From Candidatus Poribacteria bacterium (lineage in GTDB: Bacteria > Poribacteria > WGA-4E > PCPOR2b): 64,000 nt of DNA. Position 1 is the stretch's first letter. Each line of letters starts with the position of its first letter. A program made the position numbers and the translations under genes. The notes beneath the pieces were generated by a model. The model was not told where the DNA came from. It was given only the letters and a program-made list of their open reading frames with translations, and did no database searches. The stretch is taken from NCBI GenBank assembly GCA_965218095.1, contig OZ244587.1, forward strand, positions 1,120,001 through 1,184,000. Direction: 5' to 3'. This document shows positions 1 to 10,265 of this stretch, one piece after another.

Positions 1-3
1 CAA

Positions 4-132
4 ATGAACGAAATCCTTCATGATGTCGTAGATGTGTTTGGCAATCGTGTTATTCTGACAAGACAGAGGTGGGATGAACACATCCTGGCACATCATCCGG
101 AGATGCTTGGTCTCGCTGGAATGCCTGTATAA
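4..132 (+). pseudogene. Truncated small toxin-like ORF (RNase-toxin type N-terminus)
   Basis: Manual translation MNEILHDVVDVFGNRVILTRQRWDEHILAHHPEM..., resembling the 'LT.ERW.HI...HPEM' small toxin family; stops after 42 aa; at the window edge. Confidence 0.35.
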
Positions 133-216
133 ACAAGCCAAACCCGCTTGAAGCGCTTGCCACATGGTGCCCGTTGCTCATCAAGAATTATGGCGAAACT
201 CCATCCCACAAACTTC

Positions 217-1053
217 ATGAAAATTGGCGTCACCTCAGATCTGCATACCGATGTTACCCCGCTGAATAAACAGATTCTCCCGTATATTGTCGAAGTAGCT
301 GAAAAAGCAACTCTAGACATTTTCATCCTCGCCGGAGATCTCTCGCCCAACCTCCTTGAACTCGCCAATATCCTCGCCGCATTCACCGAATCCAATCTGA
401 ACTGTCCAAAATTGTACGTCCCGGGAAATCACGATATCTGGGCTATCGAACATCCCGACGTCACGAGCGAACAGAAATACCATGCCATTGCGGCAATCTG
501 TCGAAAGTGCGGATTCCATCCGCTGGACGCTGACCCTCTTGTTGAGAACGACATCGGTTTTTGCGGTACGATCGGTTGGTATGACTACTCGTTTCGACGC
601 GAGGAGTATAACTTTTCAGAAGAGAGGTACGCGTCGAAACAATTCCTGGGCTCGATCTGGAATGATTTGAATTACGCGAAGTGGGATGGAACAGACCCAG
701 AAATCGCGCATCGCTTTGAGGCGGGGCTGCAACACCAGATTCATTCGATTAGAGAGTCCGTTTCCCAGATTATCGTGACGACTCACCACGTTCCCTTCCG
801 AGAGTGCGTAATCTATCGCGAAAAATTGCCCTGGGACTTTTTTAGTGCGTTTATGGGCAGTCAGGGGCTCGGCAAGATTTGCCTTGAAGAACCGCTTGTC
901 ACGCACACCCTCTTTGGTCATACCCACACGCCAATGCAGCAGCAAATCGGTGATGTGACCGCGATCTGCTCTCCGGTTGGCTATCTGCATGAACCACCCG
1001 TGCAAGGCTTACCTGCTTATGCTCAAGAAAGACTAACCTGCTTTGAGATCTGA
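217..1053 (+). CDS. Calcineurin-like metallophosphoesterase
   Basis: Motifs SDLH, AGD, PGNHD, THH, GHTH in order; ATG at 217 gives the typical MKIGVTSDLH start. Confidence 0.9.
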   Translation: MKIGVTSDLHTDVTPLNKQILPYIVEVAEKATLDIFILAGDLSPNLLELANILAAFTESNLNCPKLYVPGNHDIWAIEHPDVTSEQKYHAIAAICRKCGFHPLDADPLVENDIGFCGTIGWYDYSFRREEYNFSEERYASKQFLGSIWNDLNYAKWDGTDPEIAHRFEAGLQHQIHSIRESVSQIIVTTHHVPFRECVIYREKLPWDFFSAFMGSQGLGKICLEEPLVTHTLFGHTHTPMQQQIGDVTAICSPVGYLHEPPVQGLPAYAQERLTCFEI

Positions 1054-1221
1054 CGCTTAGCGATGGATAAACGGTTTGTAAGCCAAGTTACGGAATCGTG
1101 GAACGTAGATTCGTACCATTCAAACGATGTGAAGAATCTTATCTCGAAAATCTACTAAGGTGTGATGTATGGCACAGGGTTAACCGGCTATCCGCAACCG
1201 TAACGAGGAGGTAACGATTGC

Positions 1222-4200
1222 ATGAACCATCTAAATCGACGGACTAGCGAATCAAGAAATCGGGTTATGGACTTCTTACGTTTTACGTTTTACGCATTGT
1301 ATTGTTTCTTTCTTTTTAACATTCTTGCTTCAGGGGCTCACGCCATCTTAAACGCCAGATTAGATCAAAACGGAATTACTGTCGAGTTTGATCTCCCAGA
1401 ACTTGAAGTCTCGACAATCGAACGTAATGGTATCCGGTATCAGGCGGTCAGCTTCGAGGGAAGCGGGTTTATTAATAAAGTCGGTAATCCACGCCTTCCT
1501 GTGTCGCGTGTCGTGCTCGGCGTGCCACCAGGCGTCGACTTTCACGTCGAAACCCTCCATGCAACAAATGAAACACGGCTCGGCTACCGCATCCCACCTG
1601 TCCCACATCGTGTGCCTCAGATCCGTGGAGATGACACGATTTCTCCTTCGCGCTCTGAAAACTTCCAGACGCTCGCAGAAAAATGGCGCGAAGATGGTCC
1701 CGCTTACCGAACACGCAGCGACTATCCCAAATCCCTTGCGCAAATTGTTTACGATGGCTACATCCGAGCCCAGCGGGTGATCTATCTGGAACTTCACCCG
1801 GTCCAGTATCAAACGAAATCGAGAGCGTTGCGGATTCACCCTCGCATGATTGTCCATGTCCACTTTGTGAATCAGGGACAATCAAATACCGGATTTCAGG
1901 GATCCAGTTTTTCGCCCTCCCGAGCCACAGTCGAAGAACCCGCCCCGTTTGAGCGGATGTACCAGAATTTTCTGTTGAACTACGATGACGCCAAACGTTG
2001 GCGCGTCCCGAGAACGAGCAGAAATACTGTCCCGGCAGCGCCCGCAGCGTCACGGCAGACGCTCGGGAAACGGTATAAGATTCTCGTCGATAAAACTGGC
2101 ATTTACCGCCTGACGAGCGAAGATCTGCGTCGAAAATGGGGGATTGATCTGAGAGGCGTGGATGCACGCCGTCTGCATCTGAAGACGAATAACCGGGAGA
2201 TTCCGATGTATATTCATGGTGAAGCGGATGGACGCTTCGATCGTGGAGACTACATCGAATTTCTCGGCCTGGATGCGAAGAGTCAGTATACGCGGTGGAA
2301 TGTCTATTGGTTGAGCGCAGAACAAACGCGTGGGGTGCGTGTTTCCGAAATCTATGCCAGTCCTGATGATCCTTTAGCAAAGCTCGTGCCCAGCTTTCGA
2401 TCGAAACTCCACTTTGAGGAAGATCATCTCCATAGTACCTTGCGGCAGGTTCACCCCGAAGATGTTTCACCGAGGGACAAGCACGGTTGGTTCGAGGCGC
2501 TCGACTTCTGGTACTGGACGGGCATCAAAAATCTGGCTGACGCGAATGAAGTCGATTTGGAGTTTCCGCTTTATGACCTGACTCAGAGCTTTGATCAACC
2601 AGGTATCCGCGTCACATTGCAAGGCGGAACGCCAACCGATCACGAGGTGCTTGTTTCAATCAACGGGGTCCGGATTGATGAAGCCAAATGGTCGAGTCAA
2701 AACATTACCACAGTTGAGCGAACATTACGGGTTTGGAACAACCTGCGAGATGCCGCCAAAGGTGAGAAGAATGTAATCACCCTCACCCGGGTTGATACCA
2801 CCACAGAAGAAAGTACCCGCCCCTATCCTTACCACGTTTATATTAATTCCTTCGATGTTGAGTATACCCGCCTGCTGAAGGCTGTCAACGATTACCTTGA
2901 ATTTACCTCTCCCGCCAGTACTGAGCTGCATGGCGTCCGAAAACGGCGTAATCTGGAATATACCATCCAGACCTTCCTTTCTCCCGATGTGGAGCTCTTT
3001 GAACACGATGGTGAAGTGTTGGTTTCAAAGTTGCAAAATCCGAAGATACAGCGCGTAAATCTGAATCGAGCAGAGCGGCTTCGTTTCCGCGAAATCCTCC
3101 GTTTCAACGCGGAACGTGACGACGAAGGTGAATCCGGGCAAATCCTACAGGACATTCCGCGCATCGCTTACAACGCAACCTTCCAGGTTCGTGATGCGCA
3201 TGACGCTAGGTATATTGCTGTCTCAGCCGCTGGTGTGCGTGAACCGGTCCGCGTCGAGATGGCACCGCCGAGCGATTTACTTTCTCCCTCCAATAGTGCA
3301 GATTATATCATCCTCAGTCACCCTGTATTCCTTGAGGCGGCAGAAAGATTGGCGCAGTGGCGATCGACACAAAAGGGTGGTGGATACCGAACGAAAGTCG
3401 TTGATGTGACCCAGATCTATGATCTCTTCAGCAACGGTATGGTTAATCCGAAAGCCATCAAAGCCTTCCTCAAGTACATTTACGAAAACTGGACGCCTCC
3501 TGCGCTTTCTTACGTCACAATTCTGGGGGATGGCACATTTGATCATCGCGGAATTGATGAGGAGCTCTATCCGGAACCTCCCGAATTGGCGGGCTATATC
3601 CCAACCCCCTACATCTGGACAACTTCCTTCGGGCAGACTTCCATCGATCACTGGTATACGACAGTCAAAGGCATTGACGAGCTCCCGGATTTCTACATTG
3701 GAAGGTTGAGCGTGGAAACGGTTGATCAAGCCAACAGTGTTGTCGAAAAGATTCTCAACTATGAAGGAAACCGCCCCAATGGAAGCTGGCGTCGTCGGAT
3801 CATCTCGGTGGCTGACGACGAAATCAATAACTCTGGCGATTCTATCTTCAAACGGAGCTTGACTGAGATTGCGAAAAACCACACGCTCCTCGGTTATGAA
3901 ACAATAGCAATCTATCTCGAAGATATCAATAAGATGGTCAAGGCGAACCCGGCAGTGTACCCTGGAAAGCTGCCGAAGTGGGTTGCAAAGGATATGATTA
4001 TTGATGCAATGGGCAAGGGGAGTGTTATTGCGCAATACGCCGGACACGGGGGGCGTATTGTTTGGGCGCATGAAGCAATCTATGATAACGCCGCTGTCGA
4101 TCGGGTGGACCAAACTGACCATCTCCCATTCATGCTGGTGTTGAGTTGTTATAACGGCTATTTTGATGCACCCGGCCAACCGAGCATAGCGGAAAAAATG

Positions 4201-7200
4201 CTCCGAAAGGAGAAAAGTGGCATTATCGGGATGTTGAGTGCCACACGCTTGACTTACGGCAGCGGTAACGATACCCTCAACCGGATCATCTTTGATGCGA
4301 TATTCAGACGAAACGAGCGTCAACTCGGTCCAATCAGCTTCGATTCCAAAGTGAAGCAACTGATACAGGACGGGCTTGGGCAGGTCAATATCGTCATGGA
4401 GTATACCCTCTTTGGCGATCCGGCGATGAAGCTCGCAATGGCGGATTATGAAGTTCAGGCAGAGATACAAACCAGAACGGTTGCGTCGGGACAACTTCTC
4501 AAAACTGCTCCCGGACAGATTGTCGATGTGACCTACGACCCGGTGATTAAGCAGAAGCGGTTTACTCCCGTTTCAAATTTCAATGGAAAGATTCAGGCGA
4601 AAGCAGTTTTCCCCGGCACATTTACAAGCGTTGAAGGGGAAGAAGAGACAATCGAGGTTTACTCCGGTAATGTTATAGTTGCCCAAGCAGCAACGGTGAG
4701 TCATGGCAGATTCCCCGGGTTTTCCCTCCCTGTTCCCAAAGGGATCAGCGCTGGCAACGCCCATGTTGAGTTTTATGCCGAGAACACGAGGCAAATCGCT
4801 GCCGGTGGAAGCTCCTTCACCGTGCTTGTACCGAAGATCGTCGACATACAGCCGGAGCTCGTTACCGGCAGTACAGGGAACACCAATCAACCGTCTCAGT
4901 TCCGCATCTCAGCGCAGGTTTCTGATGAATTGAAGGACCAAGGCATCAAGTCAGTCATTCTGGAGTGGCGCGACCCGGTAAAGAAGGAATGGTTCACAGA
5001 AACGATGATCAGGGACACATCACGCGGAAGTGGTTGGTATACTGTTTCCAAACCTTTACCGCTGCCCACCAACCGCAAAGCAGTGAGATATGAGATTACT
5101 GTCATCGACATCGACGATCAACAGGTAAATTCAGGTGCGCTGGAGTACCGTCCGTTCATATTTCCTGACGCACGAGTCATCGCCGGCGGCGGATTTTCAG
5201 GTTCGCTAATCTACTACGGATACTCCCGCGGCGAAGGAGGCTGGACGCTTAACGCAGACATTGAGCAGATTGAAGATATCGAGCTAAAAGAGAATCTAGA
5301 GGTCGCTTTCTTTGAAGGCAATCCGGACCGTGATAGCGATCTGGTGATCGATGCGGATGCAAAGCTCCTTGGGAAGACGCAGATTCGTCCCAGCGCATGG
5401 CAGCGTAAAAATCCAGTAGAACCCCACAAAACTTCACTGAAGGAAAGCCAGGGGAATGATGATCTGCTTCGACCACGTGCTTTTAAGGAGACGCCTCTCA
5501 ATACCAACTGGATCGCGACCGCAACGCTCCAGCATGAATTACCGATTGGCAACCACGAGATCTTCGCGTATGTCGATCCCGTATTTGATTCCGCCGAATT
5601 GCCTTATGGGAAACTGCGCGAAGGGGATGAGACAGACAACATCAATTCGCGTATCATCCAGGTTCAAAGTTTCCTCATCGGTAAGCAAGATCAGCACGTT
5701 TTTAGCCAAGATGCTATCATAGATTTCCGCATACCCGCTCGGGCTGTTCCACAACCCGCTGTCTTGACAATTATGCCGTTTAACGGCCAACAGCAGCCTA
5801 AAGCGGTGCATCAATCAAATCTAATATCGATTGCGCTGCCAAACGGCGATGATGCAGTGGCTTACAGCGCAACGCTGGATTTAGCAGCTTTGAATGCAAC
5901 GTCTATACAACAGCCAATCACAGCAGAACTTCGATTCGACCTCCCGGCATTGCAGGAGGCTGTCAAGGCAGAATTAGGCTTGGCAGAGATCTCTGAGCCG
6001 GTCCCTGATCAGATCGTTGCAATCAACGAAGGGGCAGAGCAGCAAGCGAAAGAGATCGGCATGTACCTTTGGGTGGAAGCGTTGAGTAAATGGGTACGCC
6101 TCGATTCAGAATTGATTACGTCGTCCAACGGATCAATACAAACCCAATCTGTAGTGGCGGATGTTAGCGAGTCAAATTACGGTGATGGCGAGATCTACAC
6201 AGTTAACATTGACCTAGCCGGCACACGTATTGGCAAATGGGTACTGTTCTTTACATCGCCCGAAACTTTCCGTGTGCTGGTTCATGAGGATGGAAAGCCG
6301 CTCAGGGAAATTGAGTCGAATCGCGTTGTTAATCGCATTGTTGACCAATCCACCGACACGCCAAGCACTTTCAGAAACGGCGTTGCCATCGGAATCGGCC
6401 CCAGCAAGAAGGCATTTCGGTTTGGAGATGTGCTTACCTTTCGGACGGCTCAAGGTCTAGTTAACGGCGAGGCTCTCACCTTTTATACATCAGGTTTCCG
6501 TAATGAGAATAACGGGACGGGTTCCCTTCAATACGTTCGTCTTGAGGAGAATTCAGCAATAGTGTCCGATCAGTGGGCTATCCTGTTTATCGATCCGGAT
6601 CGCTTCCAAGTAGAAGGAGAAAAGAGTGGTATCCTGTCGCGGAACGGTCAGCCGATCATTGGTAAAGTTAGAGAAGCGTTTGTCTCCCCTGAACTGGGTT
6701 TGCGTCTTAAAGTGTTACCGGGCGATTGGGAATTTGAGGCAGGAGACCACTTCCGGTTTAAGACAAAGAAGGCTGGACGGATACGTGCGGAAGTGCCGAT
6801 GTTCGGTACGTTGACACTGATGCGGAGTAACGATACTGTTCCGCCAGACCTCCAATTGACGATTGCCAAACAGAATTTTGTCGATGGCGATCCCGTCTCC
6901 CCAGAACCGCTCATCCAGGCGACCCTTACAGATGACAACGGTATTGACTACATCACTCGTCCGCTCGATCTTGGAATCAGTCGGAACAATCGTGAATTCC
7001 GGTTAATCCCAGAAACGGAGTATCGTCTCAGTCATCGGTCAGGTTCTAACCAGATTGTTCTAAACTACCAGTCTCCAAGGCTCGAACCTGGCACGTATCA
7101 AGTTCGCCTGACTGCAAGTGATCTCGACGGAAACGAATCTGAGGAGGAAGTTGAATTCCGTATCCATAAAATCCTTCAGCTACTCAGAGCCATGAACTAC

Positions 7201-7467
7201 CCAAACCCATTCAAGGAAGATACAGAGATTACCTGCGAGCTTACCGGTGCTGCTGACGAAATGACGGTCAAGATCTACAGCCTATCAGGGCGTTTGGTAC
7301 GGAAGTTCACGGAACCGGCTCCCGCCGGCTTCATGATGATGCCCTGGGACGGGCGCGACAGAGACGGCGAGGAGGTTGCAAATGGCGTGTACTACTGCAA
7401 GATCCGCGTCAAGATGCCGGAAGAGAAGGATTTGACGGAATACATCAAGATGATGAAGCTGAAGTGA
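1222..7467 (+). CDS. Large C25-family (gingipain/PorU-like) cysteine peptidase with propeptide and C-terminal T9SS/FlgD-type sorting domain
   Basis: Signal peptide; propeptide GNPRLP; KTGIYRLT and DYIEFLG...NVYWL (PorU-like); ADYIIL, ILGDG, IGRL; catalytic YAGHG and LSCYNGYFD; LFGDPAM; C-terminal NYPNPF...IYSLSGRLVR...WDGRD...NGVYY. Start may be 1267. Confidence 0.9.
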   Translation: MNHLNRRTSESRNRVMDFLRFTFYALYCFFLFNILASGAHAILNARLDQNGITVEFDLPELEVSTIERNGIRYQAVSFEGSGFINKVGNPRLPVSRVVLGVPPGVDFHVETLHATNETRLGYRIPPVPHRVPQIRGDDTISPSRSENFQTLAEKWREDGPAYRTRSDYPKSLAQIVYDGYIRAQRVIYLELHPVQYQTKSRALRIHPRMIVHVHFVNQGQSNTGFQGSSFSPSRATVEEPAPFERMYQNFLLNYDDAKRWRVPRTSRNTVPAAPAASRQTLGKRYKILVDKTGIYRLTSEDLRRKWGIDLRGVDARRLHLKTNNREIPMYIHGEADGRFDRGDYIEFLGLDAKSQYTRWNVYWLSAEQTRGVRVSEIYASPDDPLAKLVPSFRSKLHFEEDHLHSTLRQVHPEDVSPRDKHGWFEALDFWYWTGIKNLADANEVDLEFPLYDLTQSFDQPGIRVTLQGGTPTDHEVLVSINGVRIDEAKWSSQNITTVERTLRVWNNLRDAAKGEKNVITLTRVDTTTEESTRPYPYHVYINSFDVEYTRLLKAVNDYLEFTSPASTELHGVRKRRNLEYTIQTFLSPDVELFEHDGEVLVSKLQNPKIQRVNLNRAERLRFREILRFNAERDDEGESGQILQDIPRIAYNATFQVRDAHDARYIAVSAAGVREPVRVEMAPPSDLLSPSNSADYIILSHPVFLEAAERLAQWRSTQKGGGYRTKVVDVTQIYDLFSNGMVNPKAIKAFLKYIYENWTPPALSYVTILGDGTFDHRGIDEELYPEPPELAGYIPTPYIWTTSFGQTSIDHWYTTVKGIDELPDFYIGRLSVETVDQANSVVEKILNYEGNRPNGSWRRRIISVADDEINNSGDSIFKRSLTEIAKNHTLLGYETIAIYLEDINKMVKANPAVYPGKLPKWVAKDMIIDAMGKGSVIAQYAGHGGRIVWAHEAIYDNAAVDRVDQTDHLPFMLVLSCYNGYFDAPGQPSIAEKMLRKEKSGIIGMLSATRLTYGSGNDTLNRIIFDAIFRRNERQLGPISFDSKVKQLIQDGLGQVNIVMEYTLFGDPAMKLAMADYEVQAEIQTRTVASGQLLKTAPGQIVDVTYDPVIKQKRFTPVSNFNGKIQAKAVFPGTFTSVEGEEETIEVYSGNVIVAQAATVSHGRFPGFSLPVPKGISAGNAHVEFYAENTRQIAAGGSSFTVLVPKIVDIQPELVTGSTGNTNQPSQFRISAQVSDELKDQGIKSVILEWRDPVKKEWFTETMIRDTSRGSGWYTVSKPLPLPTNRKAVRYEITVIDIDDQQVNSGALEYRPFIFPDARVIAGGGFSGSLIYYGYSRGEGGWTLNADIEQIEDIELKENLEVAFFEGNPDRDSDLVIDADAKLLGKTQIRPSAWQRKNPVEPHKTSLKESQGNDDLLRPRAFKETPLNTNWIATATLQHELPIGNHEIFAYVDPVFDSAELPYGKLREGDETDNINSRIIQVQSFLIGKQDQHVFSQDAIIDFRIPARAVPQPAVLTIMPFNGQQQPKAVHQSNLISIALPNGDDAVAYSATLDLAALNATSIQQPITAELRFDLPALQEAVKAELGLAEISEPVPDQIVAINEGAEQQAKEIGMYLWVEALSKWVRLDSELITSSNGSIQTQSVVADVSESNYGDGEIYTVNIDLAGTRIGKWVLFFTSPETFRVLVHEDGKPLREIESNRVVNRIVDQSTDTPSTFRNGVAIGIGPSKKAFRFGDVLTFRTAQGLVNGEALTFYTSGFRNENNGTGSLQYVRLEENSAIVSDQWAILFIDPDRFQVEGEKSGILSRNGQPIIGKVREAFVSPELGLRLKVLPGDWEFEAGDHFRFKTKKAGRIRAEVPMFGTLTLMRSNDTVPPDLQLTIAKQNFVDGDPVSPEPLIQATLTDDNGIDYITRPLDLGISRNNREFRLIPETEYRLSHRSGSNQIVLNYQSPRLEPGTYQVRLTASDLDGNESEEEVEFRIHKILQLLRAMNYPNPFKEDTEITCELTGAADEMTVKIYSLSGRLVRKFTEPAPAGFMMMPWDGRDRDGEEVANGVYYCKIRVKMPEEKDLTEYIKMMKLK

Positions 7468-7542
7468 AACGTGATGCGTAAGTTGTGAATTCCGATGCCG
7501 ATTTGAATCAATGGGAATGAAAGAGGTGAGCACACGCAAGAA

Positions 7543-7980
7543 GTGGATTTTGTTCGTGAGACATTGAGATTTGCCCAAACGTTTTTGCATATAGGGGTCA
7601 CAAACATCTGGTTATATCGGATGCTGTTGGGACGGCTGTATTACGCTGCCCATCACCTTGGCAGACGACTGCTCATTGAAATGGGTTTGTAGCTGGATCA
7701 ATGGCATGCGAATGTGCATCAGCGTGTATTGAATGGGTTGCATCAGCGGTATGTGACAACTGGGCATATGACTGTAGAGACGTGGACCGCATTAGATCAA
7801 CTGCGTGGCTTACGCCAAACGGCAGATTATGAATTGGCAACGCGAGCACGGTTGAGGCATGTCAACCGTGCTGTATCATTATTCACGCAATTTTCTGGAG
7901 AATGCTGTCAAATCTTGGGGGTGTGGCTCAATGGACTTAAGAGAAACAGTTGCTCGAATTATTCAAGAAGAGCTAGGTGA
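7543..7980 (+). pseudogene. HEPN-domain protein with in-frame TAG at 7690-7692
   Basis: Reading through the stop gives GRLYYAAHH...VHQRV...LRQTADYE, matching the HEPN 'R.YYA.FH...R..ADY' pattern. Confidence 0.7.
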
Positions 7981-8164
7981 CGGTCTTAAAAGGATACGAT
8001 TCACAGGTCCCTATGAAGGCGAGGAGTTCCATGTTATCATCGCACTCCATGACGAACCGGACGATTTTGAGGGGCGAGACGCCCGCTTGCACTACCGTGT
8101 GTGGGAACTTGGCCGCGACATTACCCTCTGCGTGGAGTTTCCCGAAGAGACAATTGTTGTGTGA
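7931..8164 (+). CDS. Small putative minimal-nucleotidyltransferase-like partner of the HEPN gene
   Basis: 77 aa, overlaps the HEPN gene end; MNT-like size and layout but degenerate GS/DxD motifs. Confidence 0.4.
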   Translation: MDLRETVARIIQEELGDGLKRIRFTGPYEGEEFHVIIALHDEPDDFEGRDARLHYRVWELGRDITLCVEFPEETIVV

Positions 8165-8278
8165 AGCGTGAGCACACAACGATGATCCAATCCGCGAAAT
8201 CCCACAGAATCCGCGGTTCTATAGTTAATTTCCAAAAAGCCGCGGCAGTATAGAAACTTCAAACGGAGAACTGAATCT

Positions 8279-9409
8279 TTGAACTTTGGACAGATCCTTA
8301 AGCGACAGCACACAGTAAGCAATACACATCACGTTTCACCCTTCAGCTTCGGTCAGGACAAGCTGATCACGTCTCACGCATCATGTTTCGCGCATCACAT
8401 TTTACGTTTTATCATTCTAACTTTAATCGCTCTCCTCGGTTACACTGCCGCTGAAGCTGCGGAAAAGTATGCGGGCGATTTCTTGACGCTCGGCGTCGGA
8501 GCGCGACCTTTGGGGATGGGCGGCAGTTTTGCAGCTATTGCCGATGATTCCACCGCGACTTACTGGAATCCTGCCGGACTCGGCCGTTTGAGGCGTTCCG
8601 AAGTTACTTTTATGCATTCTAGCCTTGGTGATCTGGATAGCTACGATTTCGTCAACTACATTCACCCAATCGGCGAAAATGCATCCCTCGGGTTGAGTTG
8701 GCTGCGTGTCGGCATTGATGACATCCCGATCACGAGCCTACGACGTCCTGCTAACCCTGTCAGTCCAGCCAATCGCCCCGAAAAGATCGGAACCTTTAGC
8801 AGCACCGACAACGCCTTCTTCCTGTCATACGGCAGACAAGTCGGCTTGAACCTGGAATCAACGCCACTGAAATTGTTCGTTGGCGGGAATGCCAAATTAG
8901 TCTACATCACGGCGCTTAGAAACACGAATGCAATTGGCGTCGGCGGAGATGTTGGGGTTCTCTGGAGCACGAATCCTGAACAAGCTCATCGATTCTCAAT
9001 TGGCGTTGTCGCACAAGATTTTTTCAAGACAAAGCTATATTGGAACACACCGCCAGAAAACCCCGGTGAAGCAGCGAATACGGACACGATTCAACCCAAC
9101 CTGAAGATCGGTCTCTCTTACGGGCAAGACATCACGCCCCTGAACAGTCGCTTGTTATTGACAGTCGATACCGATAGCCTCTACTCCTTTGAGATGCACT
9201 ACGGCGCGGAATACGTCTTTGCCGATCTCCTGTCGTTAAGAATTGGCGTTCAGGAGCGCAAAGGCCTGAACACCATTCGCCTGATGACAGCTGGGGCTGG
9301 GCTGCGGCTCTCTTTCCTGACTGGCGCGGCTTTTTCCGTCGATTACGCTTTTTTGAGCAACGATGAACTAGGCAATAGCAATCGAATCTCTTTGATGACG
9401 AGGTTCTGA
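8279..9409 (+). CDS. PorV/PorQ-family outer-membrane beta-barrel protein
   Basis: FLTLGVGARPLGMGGSFAAIADDSTATYWNPAGL motif; C-terminal VDYAF...LGNSNRISL..F; true start uncertain. Confidence 0.85.
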   Translation: MNFGQILKRQHTVSNTHHVSPFSFGQDKLITSHASCFAHHILRFIILTLIALLGYTAAEAAEKYAGDFLTLGVGARPLGMGGSFAAIADDSTATYWNPAGLGRLRRSEVTFMHSSLGDLDSYDFVNYIHPIGENASLGLSWLRVGIDDIPITSLRRPANPVSPANRPEKIGTFSSTDNAFFLSYGRQVGLNLESTPLKLFVGGNAKLVYITALRNTNAIGVGGDVGVLWSTNPEQAHRFSIGVVAQDFFKTKLYWNTPPENPGEAANTDTIQPNLKIGLSYGQDITPLNSRLLLTVDTDSLYSFEMHYGAEYVFADLLSLRIGVQERKGLNTIRLMTAGAGLRLSFLTGAAFSVDYAFLSNDELGNSNRISLMTRF

Positions 9410-9442
9410 TGTGTGATACATGCCCCATGAACCACTACACTC

Positions 9443-10180
9443 ATGAACGCATTTGTCTACCTATTTCTTCTCCTTGTACTTTGCGTAGGAATATCCCAAT
9501 CAAGCCTCGCCAATGGAACGAGCGATAGCGATCTTTTCACCTTCGTGCGACTGAAGTACACAGGATCTGGATGGTTGGGCAACGGTTGGGATATAGATTG
9601 GCCCGCCTCCGATCGGAATTTTATCTGGCGCCTCAGACAAGCAACCAACATACCCATCGCCCTCCGCGAAAAGATCATCCCCGTCGGCTCCCCAGAACTT
9701 TTCAACTATCCCTTTGCTTACATCCTGGAAGTTGGCACACTCAAGCTAACTAACGCAGAAGCAGAAAATCTCCGCGAATATCTGTTGCGCGGTGGATTTA
9801 TCATGGTTGATGATTTTCACGGTGGACGGGAATGGCGCAATTTTTACCATCAACTCAAGAAGATCTTTCCCGACTATGAACCCGAAGATATACCGATTTC
9901 CCACCCTTTATTCCACTGTTTTTTCGACATCGATACGCTCATTCAGATCCCTGGACTCGCCTCCTTGTTCAATGGTCGCACCTACGAGCGGCCTGACGGT
10001 TACCCTGCCTACTGCCGTGGCATCTACGATGATTACGGCCGCTTAATGATAATGATCAATTTCAACACCGACCTTGGGGATGCATGGGAGCACTCAGCAC
10101 AAGAGTTCTATCCACGCAAATACTCTGACATGGCTTACCGGATGGGAATCAATGCGGTGGTCTATGCGCTGACACACTGA
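9443..10180 (+). CDS. DUF4159 domain protein
   Basis: FTFVRLKY, DWP.SD, YPFAY, LREYLLRGGF..VDDF, NTDLGDAWE, AYRMGINAVVYALTH. Confidence 0.85.
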   Translation: MNAFVYLFLLLVLCVGISQSSLANGTSDSDLFTFVRLKYTGSGWLGNGWDIDWPASDRNFIWRLRQATNIPIALREKIIPVGSPELFNYPFAYILEVGTLKLTNAEAENLREYLLRGGFIMVDDFHGGREWRNFYHQLKKIFPDYEPEDIPISHPLFHCFFDIDTLIQIPGLASLFNGRTYERPDGYPAYCRGIYDDYGRLMIMINFNTDLGDAWEHSAQEFYPRKYSDMAYRMGINAVVYALTH

Positions 10181-10211
10181 ATAGGCCCGCGTGTGTTGTC
10201 AAGTAAAAAGG

Positions 10212-10265
10212 CGAAGTGAAGAATCTCTGTAACGTTGGTGGAGATTCTTCGTTTCACTCAGTATG
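10212..10265. repeat. REP-like palindromic element abutting the kinase start codon
   Basis: GAAGAATCTC (10218-27) and GAGATTCTTC (10241-50) inverted repeat; a half-copy lies near 1130. Confidence 0.55.

Noticed and set aside
1360-4494. Long antisense ORFs (e.g. 1472-2470, 3277-4494)
   Set aside because: Shadows of the C25 gene with no recognisable motifs; the same applies to the other overlapping antisense ORFs.
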